Positions 47,029-55,485 of a stretch of DNA of 64,000 nt are shown here, in pieces. Made by a program: the position numbers and the translations under genes. Below the pieces are notes generated by a model. The model saw only the letters and a list, made by a program, of their open reading frames with translations. It was not told where the DNA came from and did no database searches. Within the stretch, counting starts at the first letter, position 1, and the number at the start of each line of letters is the position of its first letter. The DNA is from an uncultured Planctomycetota bacterium (GTDB taxonomy: Bacteria > Planctomycetota > Phycisphaerae > Tepidisphaerales > Tepidisphaeraceae), in contig CAWJEN010000006.1 in NCBI GenBank assembly GCA_963841915.1, forward strand, positions 587,272-651,271, given 5' to 3'.

Positions 47029-47090
47029 TTTGGAGGTCACCGAGCCTTCGCCGCCCCCGTGCGCCGATTTGGCCGCCGCGGCGCAACAGA

Positions 47091-47118
47091 AGAGCGACGC
47101 CCGATCGGGCGTCGCTCT
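47091..47118 (-). terminator. 12-bp GC-rich hairpin downstream of nuoB
   Basis: AGAGCGACGCCC (47091-47102) / GGGCGTCGCTCT (47107-47118) with loop GATC. It lies 21 bp below the nuoB stop (47139) and is followed on the minus strand by TCTGTTG. Confidence 0.6.
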
Positions 47119-47138
47119 CGTCACAGCTTGAGGTTGTG

Positions 47139-47720
47139 CTACTTGCGGTTGAGCACCGTGCCGCCCAGGCCCAGCGGGACGGGCTGCGGTGCCGGGACGT
47201 AGCTGGGCTCGACGACGAGGTTGAGCGGCCGACGCTTGCCCTCGGGAGGCAAGCCGTCCTCATCGATCTTACGCTGGATGGCCATAATGCCCTCGATGAG
47301 CGTCTCGGGTCGCGGCGGGCAGCCGGGGACGTAGACGTCGACGGGCATGAACTGGTCGATGCCCTGGACCGTCGCGTAGGCGTCGAAGACGCCGCCCGTC
47401 GAAGCACACGCTCCCATGGAGATGACCCACTTGGGCTCGGTCATCTGCTGATAGATGTGCTGGAGGACGGGCATCATCTTGATGGTCACGCGGCCGGCGA
47501 CGATCATGAGATCGCTCTGGCGGGGCGAGAACCGCATGGCCTCGGCACCGAAGCGGGCGAGGTCGTAGCGGGAGCTGGCGGTGGCCATGAGCTCGATGCC
47601 GCAGCACGCCGTCGCAAACGGCATCGGCCACAAGCTGCTGCGGCGGGCCCAGTTGACGACCCGCTTCAGGTTCGTCGTCAGCACGTTGTCCGGCAGAGTC
47701 GTGACGTCCATAGATCCCAT
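47139..47720 (-). CDS. nuoB: NADH-quinone oxidoreductase subunit B
   Basis: Contains [26 protein letters not shown] and VPGCPPRPE (N2 cluster ligands). Confidence 0.93.
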   Translation of the reverse strand: MGSMDVTTLPDNVLTTNLKRVVNWARRSSLWPMPFATACCGIELMATASSRYDLARFGAEAMRFSPRQSDLMIVAGRVTIKMMPVLQHIYQQMTEPKWVISMGACASTGGVFDAYATVQGIDQFMPVDVYVPGCPPRPETLIEGIMAIQRKIDEDGLPPEGKRRPLNLVVEPSYVPAPQPVPLGLGGTVLNRK

Positions 47721-47777
47721 ACTACGCGACCGCGACGGCGGGTGTTTGGCCGGGTGAAAGTGAAAGACAGGCTTCGC

Positions 47778-48446
47778 TCAAGCCGCTTCGGTCACCGGAA
47801 CCCGCTTGCTCCCCATGAATGCCGCTGGCAGAATGCCCAGGCCGACGACCGTCAGGACGATGCCACCGATCAGCAGCATCGTCCTGCCGCCCCCGGTGTC
47901 GACGTCAACGGCGTAGGCCAGCACCGGCCGGCCGGCGCTGTCGGTCCGCTGGGTCGCAGCCTCGGCCCCGTCGGGCAGCGCGACCTTGAGGTTCATCAGC
48001 ATGACCGCTGTAGGCCCCTCGGACTGCGTGTAGTTGTAGCGAAAGACGCGGGCCGCATCGTCGGGTTCGCCGTCGCCCATCTCCGGCTCGAGTTCGAACT
48101 CGTACCTGCCGTCACCCCGATGCCTGGCCACGCCTCTGGCGGCGACGGACATCTTCATCGTGCGGTCCATCTCGTCCTGCTCGAGATCGAAGTCGTCGAC
48201 CACATATTGGCTGACGAACTGGCCCATGTCGCGGCGGAGCAGAGACGGGTTGTCGCCGTACTGCTGCTTCCAAGCGGCCCAGCCTTTGGCCGACATCTTC
48301 ATCTCGAAGGAGATGGCGGCGTCGCCAAGTTCGTCGAGTTCGATCGAGATGTCGACCGGCATGACGTCGACCTGCGGGGCGACCTGTGCAGAGGCCGGCA
48401 GGGCAAAGGCGAGGACGGCGAGAAACGCGAAGGTGATCTTGTTCAT
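47778..48446 (-). CDS. hypothetical secreted protein with C-terminal membrane anchor
   Basis: Trimmed to the ATG at 48446 (MNKITFAFLAVLAFALPASAQ). C-terminal helix is MLLIGGIVLTVVGLGILPAAFMG. No recognisable family. Confidence 0.6.
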   Translation of the reverse strand: MNKITFAFLAVLAFALPASAQVAPQVDVMPVDISIELDELGDAAISFEMKMSAKGWAAWKQQYGDNPSLLRRDMGQFVSQYVVDDFDLEQDEMDRTMKMSVAARGVARHRGDGRYEFELEPEMGDGEPDDAARVFRYNYTQSEGPTAVMLMNLKVALPDGAEAATQRTDSAGRPVLAYAVDVDTGGGRTMLLIGGIVLTVVGLGILPAAFMGSKRVPVTEAA

Positions 48447-48466
48447 ATCGTTGAAGTCGAAGGTTT

Positions 48467-50170
48467 TCACTGGCCGGCGGCGATGGTGGTGGCGACCTGC
48501 TGCCACGAGGTGTCGCCTTGGGGCGACATGACAGCCACACCGATGAGGCGGCCGTTGGTCGGGACGAAGTACATACCGCCCTCCAGGATCATGCCGTTGG
48601 CGGCCATCTGGACCATCACGAGGTTCGCCGGCTTCCCGGTGAACTGGGTTTCCTGGCTACCACCGAACTGAATGCCGGCGCCCATCTGTGAGGCAAAGTC
48701 GGCGAGTTGTCCGATCGCCTGCTGCTGATTGACGGGGCCGAAGTCGTACGCCTCGATCGACCGCATGCCCGTGCCGTCGACGGCATTGAAGGCATAGCTG
48801 GGCAAGTAAGGTTTGACCTGCTGAACGATCAGGCCGTTGGGTTGATAATCGAGCGGGTAGCGGACAGTCAGGCCAGCGACCATGGTCGAGGGCCAGTTGC
48901 TGACCGTCGGTTGCGGCGCGGGAAGGCCCGTCGGATTGACAGACAAGGTGGCGTCTGTCGAGGTGGTCGCATCGGGCGTATTGGTCGCGCCGGACCGGCT
49001 GTCTTTTACCCGCTGAGCGAGCATGTCGCTCAAGCCGGCCAAGTCAGCCTGCTGAAACTCGGGCGGACGGATGCCGCGCCCTTGCTCTGCGGTGACATCG
49101 ACCAGTCGGCCCGGCAGCTTGCCTGCCATGAGCTCGCCGAGCTGCTTGTTGCCTGCTTCGACCGCCTGTTCGAAGGTCATCGTCCCGCCGAGGTTGCTGC
49201 CACCGACGCCGGTCGACTCGATGGCGATCATCGTCCCGTCTGCCGCCTTGAGCACCGGGTAGCAGTGACCGGGCACGAGAATCAGGTAAGCGTCAGCTCC
49301 GGCACCCTTGCCCAGCGCTGCCCAAAGCATCGCCAGCTCGATGCAGAGTCCGCTGTTCTGATAGACGACGTCGCGTGGCAGGCGGACGCTTTGGACCATG
49401 CTCGTCGTGTCGCCGAGCTGCTCGGGCACGCCCGCGTTGCCGGCATAGGTCATGCCGGTGTCGGCCATGAAGTCGTAGATGCTCCGCATCACCTTGGCCA
49501 GCTCCTTGGCGTCGCTGGTGATGGGCAGGCCTCCCTTGGTTTCACTGATCTTGCCGAGATATTGACGCACCACTTCGTCCTCGTGCGTGACGAATGCGGC
49601 CGTCAGCTCGGCGTTGTCGAACATGTCGTACCAGCCGAGCACCTCGTCGGCGGGCAGGCTTGTGTACTCGATTTCGGTGACGCCGCGGAACTCGAAGTCG
49701 CGTCGCTCAATCTGCTCTTTGGGTTCGCCGTCGTCGTTCCAGGCGAGCTTGACCTCGAGGCTGGCGGGCGTGCGGGTGCGAATGGTCGTCACGCTGCGAG
49801 GCAGTCTCGGGTAAAAGACGACACCCGCGGTCTGACCCGGCAGCAGTTGTTCCGCCGCCTCGGGCGTGGTCCAGGTGTCGAGGTGTCCCGGAATGCGATA
49901 GCTGATTTGCAGATCGTCGAGCGGTGCGTCGCCGTCGTTGGTGAGACGTAGCTTGCCGAGCCAGTACTTGCCGTCGGCCGCTTCCTTGTTGCCGTACGCC
50001 TTGTAGGCGACGGTCATGACGGTCGGCTTGAGATCGAGTCGGTAGTTGAGCTTGCCACCCGATGGAGCGGCGACGATCCAGGCGGCGATTGCCAAAAGGC
50101 CGAGCAGCAGCGATGCTGCGCCAGCGATGAGCAAGGTTCGGGCGTTGCGTGAGGTCATCGTCCCCCACAT
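48467..50170 (-). CDS. membrane-anchored protein with a possible transglutaminase-like Cys-His core
   Basis: N-terminal helix is LLIAGAASLLLGLLAIAAWIV. The core NSGLCIELAMLWAALGKGAGADAYLILVPGHCYPVL...IAIESTG resembles the Cys...His...Asp/Glu arrangement of transglutaminase-like peptidases. This is recollection-level evidence. Confidence 0.6.
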   Translation of the reverse strand: MWGTMTSRNARTLLIAGAASLLLGLLAIAAWIVAAPSGGKLNYRLDLKPTVMTVAYKAYGNKEAADGKYWLGKLRLTNDGDAPLDDLQISYRIPGHLDTWTTPEAAEQLLPGQTAGVVFYPRLPRSVTTIRTRTPASLEVKLAWNDDGEPKEQIERRDFEFRGVTEIEYTSLPADEVLGWYDMFDNAELTAAFVTHEDEVVRQYLGKISETKGGLPITSDAKELAKVMRSIYDFMADTGMTYAGNAGVPEQLGDTTSMVQSVRLPRDVVYQNSGLCIELAMLWAALGKGAGADAYLILVPGHCYPVLKAADGTMIAIESTGVGGSNLGGTMTFEQAVEAGNKQLGELMAGKLPGRLVDVTAEQGRGIRPPEFQQADLAGLSDMLAQRVKDSRSGATNTPDATTSTDATLSVNPTGLPAPQPTVSNWPSTMVAGLTVRYPLDYQPNGLIVQQVKPYLPSYAFNAVDGTGMRSIEAYDFGPVNQQQAIGQLADFASQMGAGIQFGGSQETQFTGKPANLVMVQMAANGMILEGGMYFVPTNGRLIGVAVMSPQGDTSWQQVATTIAAGQ

Positions 50171-50236
50171 GCGTCAGCGCGACGCAGGCGGGGCCAGACG
50201 ATCGACAGATTGTGCGATTCGTCGCGACAGGCCTGA

Positions 50237-50521
50237 CTAAAGCAGCCCGACAATCTCCGCGGCCCGTCGCAACGTTGCGCGAGTCATACGCACGACGACT
50301 TCGGGTGGCAGCTCTTTGGCCTCGTCCGTCTGGTACTCGGCCGGGATGACGCTCAGCGCAAGGTCACGTACTTCGAGTTCGACGGACTGCTGACGTTCTT
50401 GCTGGCCCGCCAGGTCGTCGCGGCCGATCGGATTGATGGCGTCATGCGCGAGCATCAGCGTGCTGATCTGCCAGTCGTAGTAGCTGTGCGAGCCGCTATG
50501 AGACGAAGACGCGTCGGACAT
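50237..50521 (-). CDS. hypothetical small protein (94 aa)
   Basis: Trimmed to the ATG at 50521 (MSDASSSHSGSHSYYDW). Good GC3 bias. No family recognised. Confidence 0.45.
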   Translation of the reverse strand: MSDASSSHSGSHSYYDWQISTLMLAHDAINPIGRDDLAGQQERQQSVELEVRDLALSVIPAEYQTDEAKELPPEVVVRMTRATLRRAAEIVGLL

Positions 50522-50612
50522 GCCGCAGCGTAAGCGCAGCAGGGCGCAAGCAAGCGGGGCGTGTCGGAACACGCCCCGCAGATGCCGCTCCTCTACAGCA
50601 TCAATGCCGTGC

Positions 50613-51278
50613 TCAGTAGCTCACCCGCGTCGCCCGCTCGACGGCGTCGATGACCCGACGGACGTGGAATGGTTTCAGCAGAAACGCGTCAAAACCCTGA
50701 CGTGTGAGCTTGTCGGCAGAGGCTTCGTCAAGCCGATCGCTCATGGCCACGAGCTTCGTCAGCTGCAGATCGGGCTGGCTCTTGACGAGACTGACCACCG
50801 TCTCAGGCAAAACGTCGGCCAGATGCACATTGAGAAACAGCACGTGCGGCCTGAACTGGGCTGCCATAACACCCGCTGCAAAGCCGGTGGCGGCGACTTC
50901 GACCTCATACCGGGCCTCGTCTTCGAGAATTTTCTCCAGCACGTCGGTGATGTCCGGCTCGTCGTCAACGATGAGGACCCGTGTGTTGCCGGTCCGCAGC
51001 CCGTTGAGCGGGATGTTGTGCTCCTTCATGAAGCGGACGAGCCCGTTGAGCGGGATGCGACGGTCCTTGGAGCCGGGGATTCGGTAGCCCTTGAGGCTGC
51101 CGGTGTCGAACCACTTGCTGACGGTGCGTGGTGCGACATTGCAAATTTTGGCGACTTCTCCGGTCGTCAGGACGTCTTTGGCTTTAAGTTCTTGCATCGT
51201 GGTCTCCCGCCCCACCGACCGCCTCACCGCTTCGCGGCGGGGCTTCAGTGGATTCGGCTTAGGCATTTCTTCCGGCAT
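50613..51278 (-). CDS. excisionase/MerR-type HTH + receiver-domain regulator with Asn at the phospho-acceptor position
   Basis: HTH is LTTGEVAKICNVAPRTVSKWFDTGSLKGYRIPGSKDRRIP. Receiver is RVLIVDDEPD ... HVLFLNVHL ... LVAMSD ... FLLKPF. An alternative start is ATG 51197 (MQELKAK). Confidence 0.8.
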   Translation of the reverse strand: MPEEMPKPNPLKPRREAVRRSVGRETTMQELKAKDVLTTGEVAKICNVAPRTVSKWFDTGSLKGYRIPGSKDRRIPLNGLVRFMKEHNIPLNGLRTGNTRVLIVDDEPDITDVLEKILEDEARYEVEVAATGFAAGVMAAQFRPHVLFLNVHLADVLPETVVSLVKSQPDLQLTKLVAMSDRLDEASADKLTRQGFDAFLLKPFHVRRVIDAVERATRVSY

Positions 51279-51420
51279 TTTCGTTGATGCCGCGTCGGGC
51301 GGCAGGCTCGTTACGGCCGGAAGCTACGACATGCCTCACGGTCGTGCGGAGCGTCGCAAGGTCCGATAGCACCGTTACAAGCTAACCTTTGCCGACACCG
51401 CCTTACCCAACTTGCCGATC

Positions 51421-52737
51421 ATGCACGTCCTGTTCGTTCACCCCAATTTTCCTGCCCAGTTCGGCCACGTGGCCACACACCTCGCCAGGGCAGAAGGATG
51501 GCGATGCACCTTTGTCAGCGAAACCCCAGCCGGCACGACGCAGCTGGGCGATCGCGGAGGCGTCCTGGAAAAGCTCCAATACAAGACGCGTAGCGGCGCG
51601 ACGCGTTCCAATCATTTTTGCACGCGAACGTTCGAGAACAGCGTCTGGCAGACTGACGGCGTCTATCACGCGTTGCTCGCCCGCCCAGACATCGAGCCGG
51701 ACCTCATCGTCGGCCACAGCGGGTTCGGCAGCACGCTGTTCTTGCGAGAAATCTTCCCGCAGGTGCCGGTGGTGAACCTCTTCGAGTACTTCTATAGAGG
51801 TCACGACGTCGAGAGCGACATGACGTTTCGGCACGACCTGGGCTGGCCGGTAGAGCCGGAGAAGTTTCTGCGCAGCCGATGCCGGAACGCGATGATTCTC
51901 CTGGATCTGGACAACTGCCAGCTCGGCTACTGCCCGACGCCGTTCCAGCAGTCGCGATTTCCTGAGGAGTATGCCGGCAAGCTTCGCGTGCTGTTCGACG
52001 GCATCGACACGACGCTTTGGAACGACGCAGGCGGTAACCTGCGGCACGACGGTGCGAGAACCGTGTGTGGCATCAACCTGCCGGCTGGGGCGAAAATCGT
52101 TACCTACTGCGCTCGAGGGTTCGAATCGATGCGCGGCTTCGACTTGTTCATGAAGGCTGTTCGGCGGATCACCGAGCAACGGGACGACGTTCACGTCTTG
52201 ATCTTCGGCACGGACCGCATCGCCTACGGCGGCGACGAGCAGCACACCGGCGGTAAGAGCTTCAAAAACTGGACGCTCGATCTCGACGACGTGCGCGGCT
52301 ACGACGCGCAACGTGTGCACTTCCTTGATCGACGACCGCCGAGTGATCTGGCACAGGCGTTTGCCTCAGCGGACGTGCACCTTTATCTCACGGTGCCGTT
52401 CGTGTTGAGCTGGAGTCTCATCAACGCGATGGCCTGCGGCGCGGCCGTTGTTGCGAGCGACACGGCACCGGTCCGCGATGTTGTAACTCACGATGAGACA
52501 GGACGGCTCGTCGACTTCTTCGACCCGGCGGCGATGGCGGAGGAGACGCTGCGATTGCTTGAGGACACGACGGCAGCAAGACGGCTTGGCAGCAACGCCG
52601 TCGAACTCGTGCGAGGCAGATATGCCATGTCGGCCATCCTGCCGCAAATGACTCAAATGTACGACGAAGCCTCACGAATCACCCGAGGCTTGGAAGCACC
52701 GCGCCCACGACCCAAACCGGCCGTCTTTGCGGGTTGA
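51421..52737 (+). CDS. GT4 family glycosyltransferase
   Basis: Trimmed to the ATG at 51421 (MHVLFVHPNFPAQFGH). The C-terminal GT-B motif is PFVLSWSLINAMACGAAVVASD. Confidence 0.8.
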   Translation: MHVLFVHPNFPAQFGHVATHLARAEGWRCTFVSETPAGTTQLGDRGGVLEKLQYKTRSGATRSNHFCTRTFENSVWQTDGVYHALLARPDIEPDLIVGHSGFGSTLFLREIFPQVPVVNLFEYFYRGHDVESDMTFRHDLGWPVEPEKFLRSRCRNAMILLDLDNCQLGYCPTPFQQSRFPEEYAGKLRVLFDGIDTTLWNDAGGNLRHDGARTVCGINLPAGAKIVTYCARGFESMRGFDLFMKAVRRITEQRDDVHVLIFGTDRIAYGGDEQHTGGKSFKNWTLDLDDVRGYDAQRVHFLDRRPPSDLAQAFASADVHLYLTVPFVLSWSLINAMACGAAVVASDTAPVRDVVTHDETGRLVDFFDPAAMAEETLRLLEDTTAARRLGSNAVELVRGRYAMSAILPQMTQMYDEASRITRGLEAPRPRPKPAVFAG

Positions 52738-52751
52738 GATGGAGCTGAAAG

Positions 52752-52822
52752 TGGAGCTACCGAGATTCGAACTCGGACTTTCTCGATGCGACCGAGATGT
52801 CCTCCCATTAGACTATAGCCCC
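52752..52822 (-). tRNA. tRNA-Ala (anticodon CGC)
   Basis: Hand-folded cloverleaf. Acceptor GGGGCTA/TAGCTCC includes the G3:U70 alanine identity pair. D arm GTCT-AATGGGA-GGAC. Anticodon arm TCTCG-GTCGCAT-CGAGA. T arm CCGAG-TTCGAAT-CTCGG. Discriminator A. CCA is not encoded. Confidence 0.9.
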
Positions 52823-52961
52823 AGGGGGCTACTAGCTTAGCCAGCCACGTACGACGATCAAGTCGTGCCCCACGGCCGGTGAAGACATCTTGCGACGACA
52901 TATGGGTGCAATATTATGTGATTGGGGTTGATTCTGCTTCACCAATTGGTAGGGTCGCCTC

Positions 52962-53465
52962 ATGGGACGCGCTAATAATATGATGTCGGCTCACGCTGCC
53001 AACGGCGAGGCATTTGCCTCGACTACAGGTGGCGAACTCAAGGGTCCGCTGCTCGATCTTCGCCAAGAAGAGCTCGGCCGACTTGGAGACTTGTTCCGCC
53101 TTCTCGGCGATCGGACGCGGCTCAGTATTCTTCAGGTACTCAGCGGTGGCGAGACCAATGTCGGAGCCTTGTGCAAGCTGCTCAAGCTGCCACAGCCGAC
53201 GGTCAGCCACCATCTGGGCCTGCTTCGCGTGAGCGGCCTGATCGACAACCGCCGAGCTGGTAAGCAGGTGTTTTACCGCCTGAACGGCCGCATTTCACCC
53301 GCGGCGCTGCCGACGAACGACGTGCTCGCCAAGTCCAAGGGCGGCGAAGACCTTGTACCTGACCACTCCAAGCGGCACGTCGATGCCACCGGCATGCAGA
53401 TCATCGGTGAAGGCTTTGCAGTGCAGATCGTCGAGCCGGGTGCTGATACGACGAGCCACAATTGA
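52962..53465 (+). CDS. ArsR/SmtB family transcriptional regulator
   Basis: Contains LFRLLGDRTRLSILQVLSGGETNVGALCKLLKLPQPTVSHHLGLLRVSGLI. Confidence 0.88.
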   Translation: MGRANNMMSAHAANGEAFASTTGGELKGPLLDLRQEELGRLGDLFRLLGDRTRLSILQVLSGGETNVGALCKLLKLPQPTVSHHLGLLRVSGLIDNRRAGKQVFYRLNGRISPAALPTNDVLAKSKGGEDLVPDHSKRHVDATGMQIIGEGFAVQIVEPGADTTSHN

Positions 53466-53477
53466 GCGACCGCGGCG

Positions 53478-54491
53478 TCAGCCCGGTGAGGGCGTGGCGT
53501 CGAGTATTTCCTGAAGCACTTGTCTCCCTGCCTCGGCGTCGCCGTTGTGCAGGTACGTCCGTGTGATGACGCGGTGTCCGCAGGTCGCCAGGAACATCGC
53601 CTTGATGTCGTCGGGGACCACGTAGTCTCGGCCGTCCATCAAAGCCGCCGCCCGGCTGCCGCTGAGCAGGGCCAGCGAACCCCGCGGGCTGACGCCGAGG
53701 TGGAACCGTTCGTCCTCGCGGGTGCGGGCAACGAGGTCGAGCAGGTAATCGAGAACGCCGCCTTCGGTGCGGACGGCGAGCGTCGCCTGCTGCATTGCCA
53801 CGACGTCCTGCGTCGACAGCACCGGCCGCAAGTTGTCGAGTGCGTCGTCGCCCGGCCGCTGAATGAGGATCCGTCGTTCTGTTTCGCGTCCAGGATAGCC
53901 GACGGCAATCTTGACGAGGAACCGGTCGAGTTGGTTCTCCGGCAAGACGTATGTGCCCTCGAACTCGAACGGGTTCTGCGTCGCGATGACCATGAAGGGC
54001 GGCGGCAGTGGACGCGTCGCATTCTCGACGCTCACTTGCCCCTCGGCCATCGCCTCGAGCAGGGCCGACTGCGTTCGCGGCGTCGTGCGATTGACCTCGT
54101 CGGCCACGACGATGTTGGCGAAAATCGGGCCCGGCTTGAAATCGAACTCACCCGTTGACTGGTTGTAAACGCCAACGCCCAGCAGGTCGGCCGGCAGTAG
54201 ATCGGGCGTGAGTTGAACGCGGCTGAAGACGCCGTGAATGCTCTGCGCGAGTGCTTTGGCGAGCGTCGTCTTGCCAACACCCGGCACGTCTTCGACCAGC
54301 GCGTGGCCCCTGGCGAGCAAGGCGATGATGAGCAGGTTGACCGCTTCGCTTTGACCGAGAAACACGTCGGCGATGTTGTCACGCAGCTTGTGCGCCAGTC
54401 GGGCCGCGTCGGCGGGTCGCATGGCGACGCGAGACGGAGCCGAATCGACAGAGCTCGACGTGGTGTTGGCTTCGTCGAGGGGTGCGTCCAT
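53478..54491 (-). CDS. MoxR-family AAA+ ATPase
   Basis: Contains VEDVPGVGKTTLAKALA, ADEVNRTTPRTQSALLEAM and ATQNPFEFEGTYVLPENQLDRF. Confidence 0.92.
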   Translation of the reverse strand: MDAPLDEANTTSSSVDSAPSRVAMRPADAARLAHKLRDNIADVFLGQSEAVNLLIIALLARGHALVEDVPGVGKTTLAKALAQSIHGVFSRVQLTPDLLPADLLGVGVYNQSTGEFDFKPGPIFANIVVADEVNRTTPRTQSALLEAMAEGQVSVENATRPLPPPFMVIATQNPFEFEGTYVLPENQLDRFLVKIAVGYPGRETERRILIQRPGDDALDNLRPVLSTQDVVAMQQATLAVRTEGGVLDYLLDLVARTREDERFHLGVSPRGSLALLSGSRAAALMDGRDYVVPDDIKAMFLATCGHRVITRTYLHNGDAEAGRQVLQEILDATPSPG

Positions 54492-54556
54492 GAGCGGTGC
54501 GATCTATAAACGCGACAGGTGAGGCCGCGTCGTCTCAGGCGTACGCCGGATGAGTG

Positions 54557-54991
54557 TTACTCGAACTTCAGGACGCCCTTGCCGATGTCGTAGGCGTAGC
54601 CGACGATAATCAGCAGAGTGAAGATGAGCATGCCGCTGAGCATGACGGTGCCCAGCCCGTTGTTGTACTCGTTGCTGGCAACGGCCTCGGCGAAGCTGCT
54701 GGCCCAGGGGTACAGCACGACGATCTCGACGTCGAAGGCAACAAACAGGATGGCCACGAGGTAGAAGCGGACGTTAAACCGTCGGCGGGTGCTGCCGACC
54801 GGGGCCATGCCGCTTTCGTACGTCGTCTCCTTACCAGGGCCAGTGCGGCTGGGGCCGATGAAGAGGCTGATAGCCAGATTCGTGACGGCAAAGCCAACGG
54901 CGATGACGAGCAGCAAAGCGACCGGCAACCAGCCCAGCCGCGGGTCGCCGCCGGTGACGGCAAGGTGCGAAATGATAGAAGTTCCGGTCAC
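54557..54991 (-). CDS. nuoA: NADH-quinone oxidoreductase subunit A
   Basis: Three TM helices, with YESGMAPVG...RFNVRFYLVAILFVAFDVEIVVLYPWA. Confidence 0.88.
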   Translation of the reverse strand: MTGTSIISHLAVTGGDPRLGWLPVALLLVIAVGFAVTNLAISLFIGPSRTGPGKETTYESGMAPVGSTRRRFNVRFYLVAILFVAFDVEIVVLYPWASSFAEAVASNEYNNGLGTVMLSGMLIFTLLIIVGYAYDIGKGVLKFE

Positions 54992-55085
54992 GGCAGCAGC
55001 GTAGCAGCGACGGACGGCCGGGCCAATTCGCGTGCGTCAGGTAAAGCCGATTTTGCCGTTGCGCACGTCTTTGCGAGCACGTCGC

Positions 55086-55367
55086 CTACGCCCGCACGTC
55101 CACGTGCTTGAGCAAACCCGCCTTGTCGCGCGGTTCCTCTCGCGGCAGATCGGGAGAGAGCTTCGAGGCTGCGTCAGTCTCGACGAGAGGGGCGTCGGAC
55201 GCGGTAGTCTCTTCGGCAACGTTTTCGGCTCGGCGACGTTGCTCGGTCTTGGCCGTCTGATCACGCTTGGCCACCTGCGTCGATGCCGCGGCACCGGTGA
55301 GCCCGCTCCGCGAAGCGTTCGCCGCTACGACGTTGAAGTTGATCGGTAAGCCGTCCACCGCTTTCAT
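55086..55367 (-). CDS. hypothetical small protein (93 aa)
   Basis: ATG start and strong GC3 bias. It lies between a terminator (55426-55460) and nuoA. No family recognised. Confidence 0.45.
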   Translation of the reverse strand: MKAVDGLPINFNVVAANASRSGLTGAAASTQVAKRDQTAKTEQRRRAENVAEETTASDAPLVETDAASKLSPDLPREEPRDKAGLLKHVDVRA

Positions 55368-55425
55368 TCATCGGATGCTTTGTCGTAGCTCGCGAGTCGT
55401 CGCCAATTATCGGGCCTCCTCTCAG

Positions 55426-55460
55426 AATAAAAGCAGCCGGCCGCAAGGAAGCGGCCGGCT
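55426..55460 (-). terminator. rho-independent terminator after the 505-aa gene
   Basis: 10-bp stem AGCCGGCCGC (55435-55444) / GCGGCCGGCT (55451-55460) with loop AAGGAA. It is followed on the minus strand by TTTTATT (plus-strand 55426-55432) and lies 26 bp below the stop at 55486. Confidence 0.75.
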
Positions 55461-55485
55461 TGCTGACTGTCTTCCCGTCACGCGG

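Noticed and set aside
46597-47407. Several overlapping ORFs on both strands containing MFHVEH / CSTWNI peptides
   Set aside because: These peptides are the six-frame translations of the parS palindrome ATGTTCCACGTGGAACAT. The ORFs have no coding bias and overlap a terminator hairpin.
52653-52901. 82-aa ORF on the minus strand
   Set aside because: It completely overlaps tRNA-Ala(CGC), and its sequence is the translated tRNA. ORF 59770..60162 likewise overlaps the CAU tRNA and the tandem repeats.
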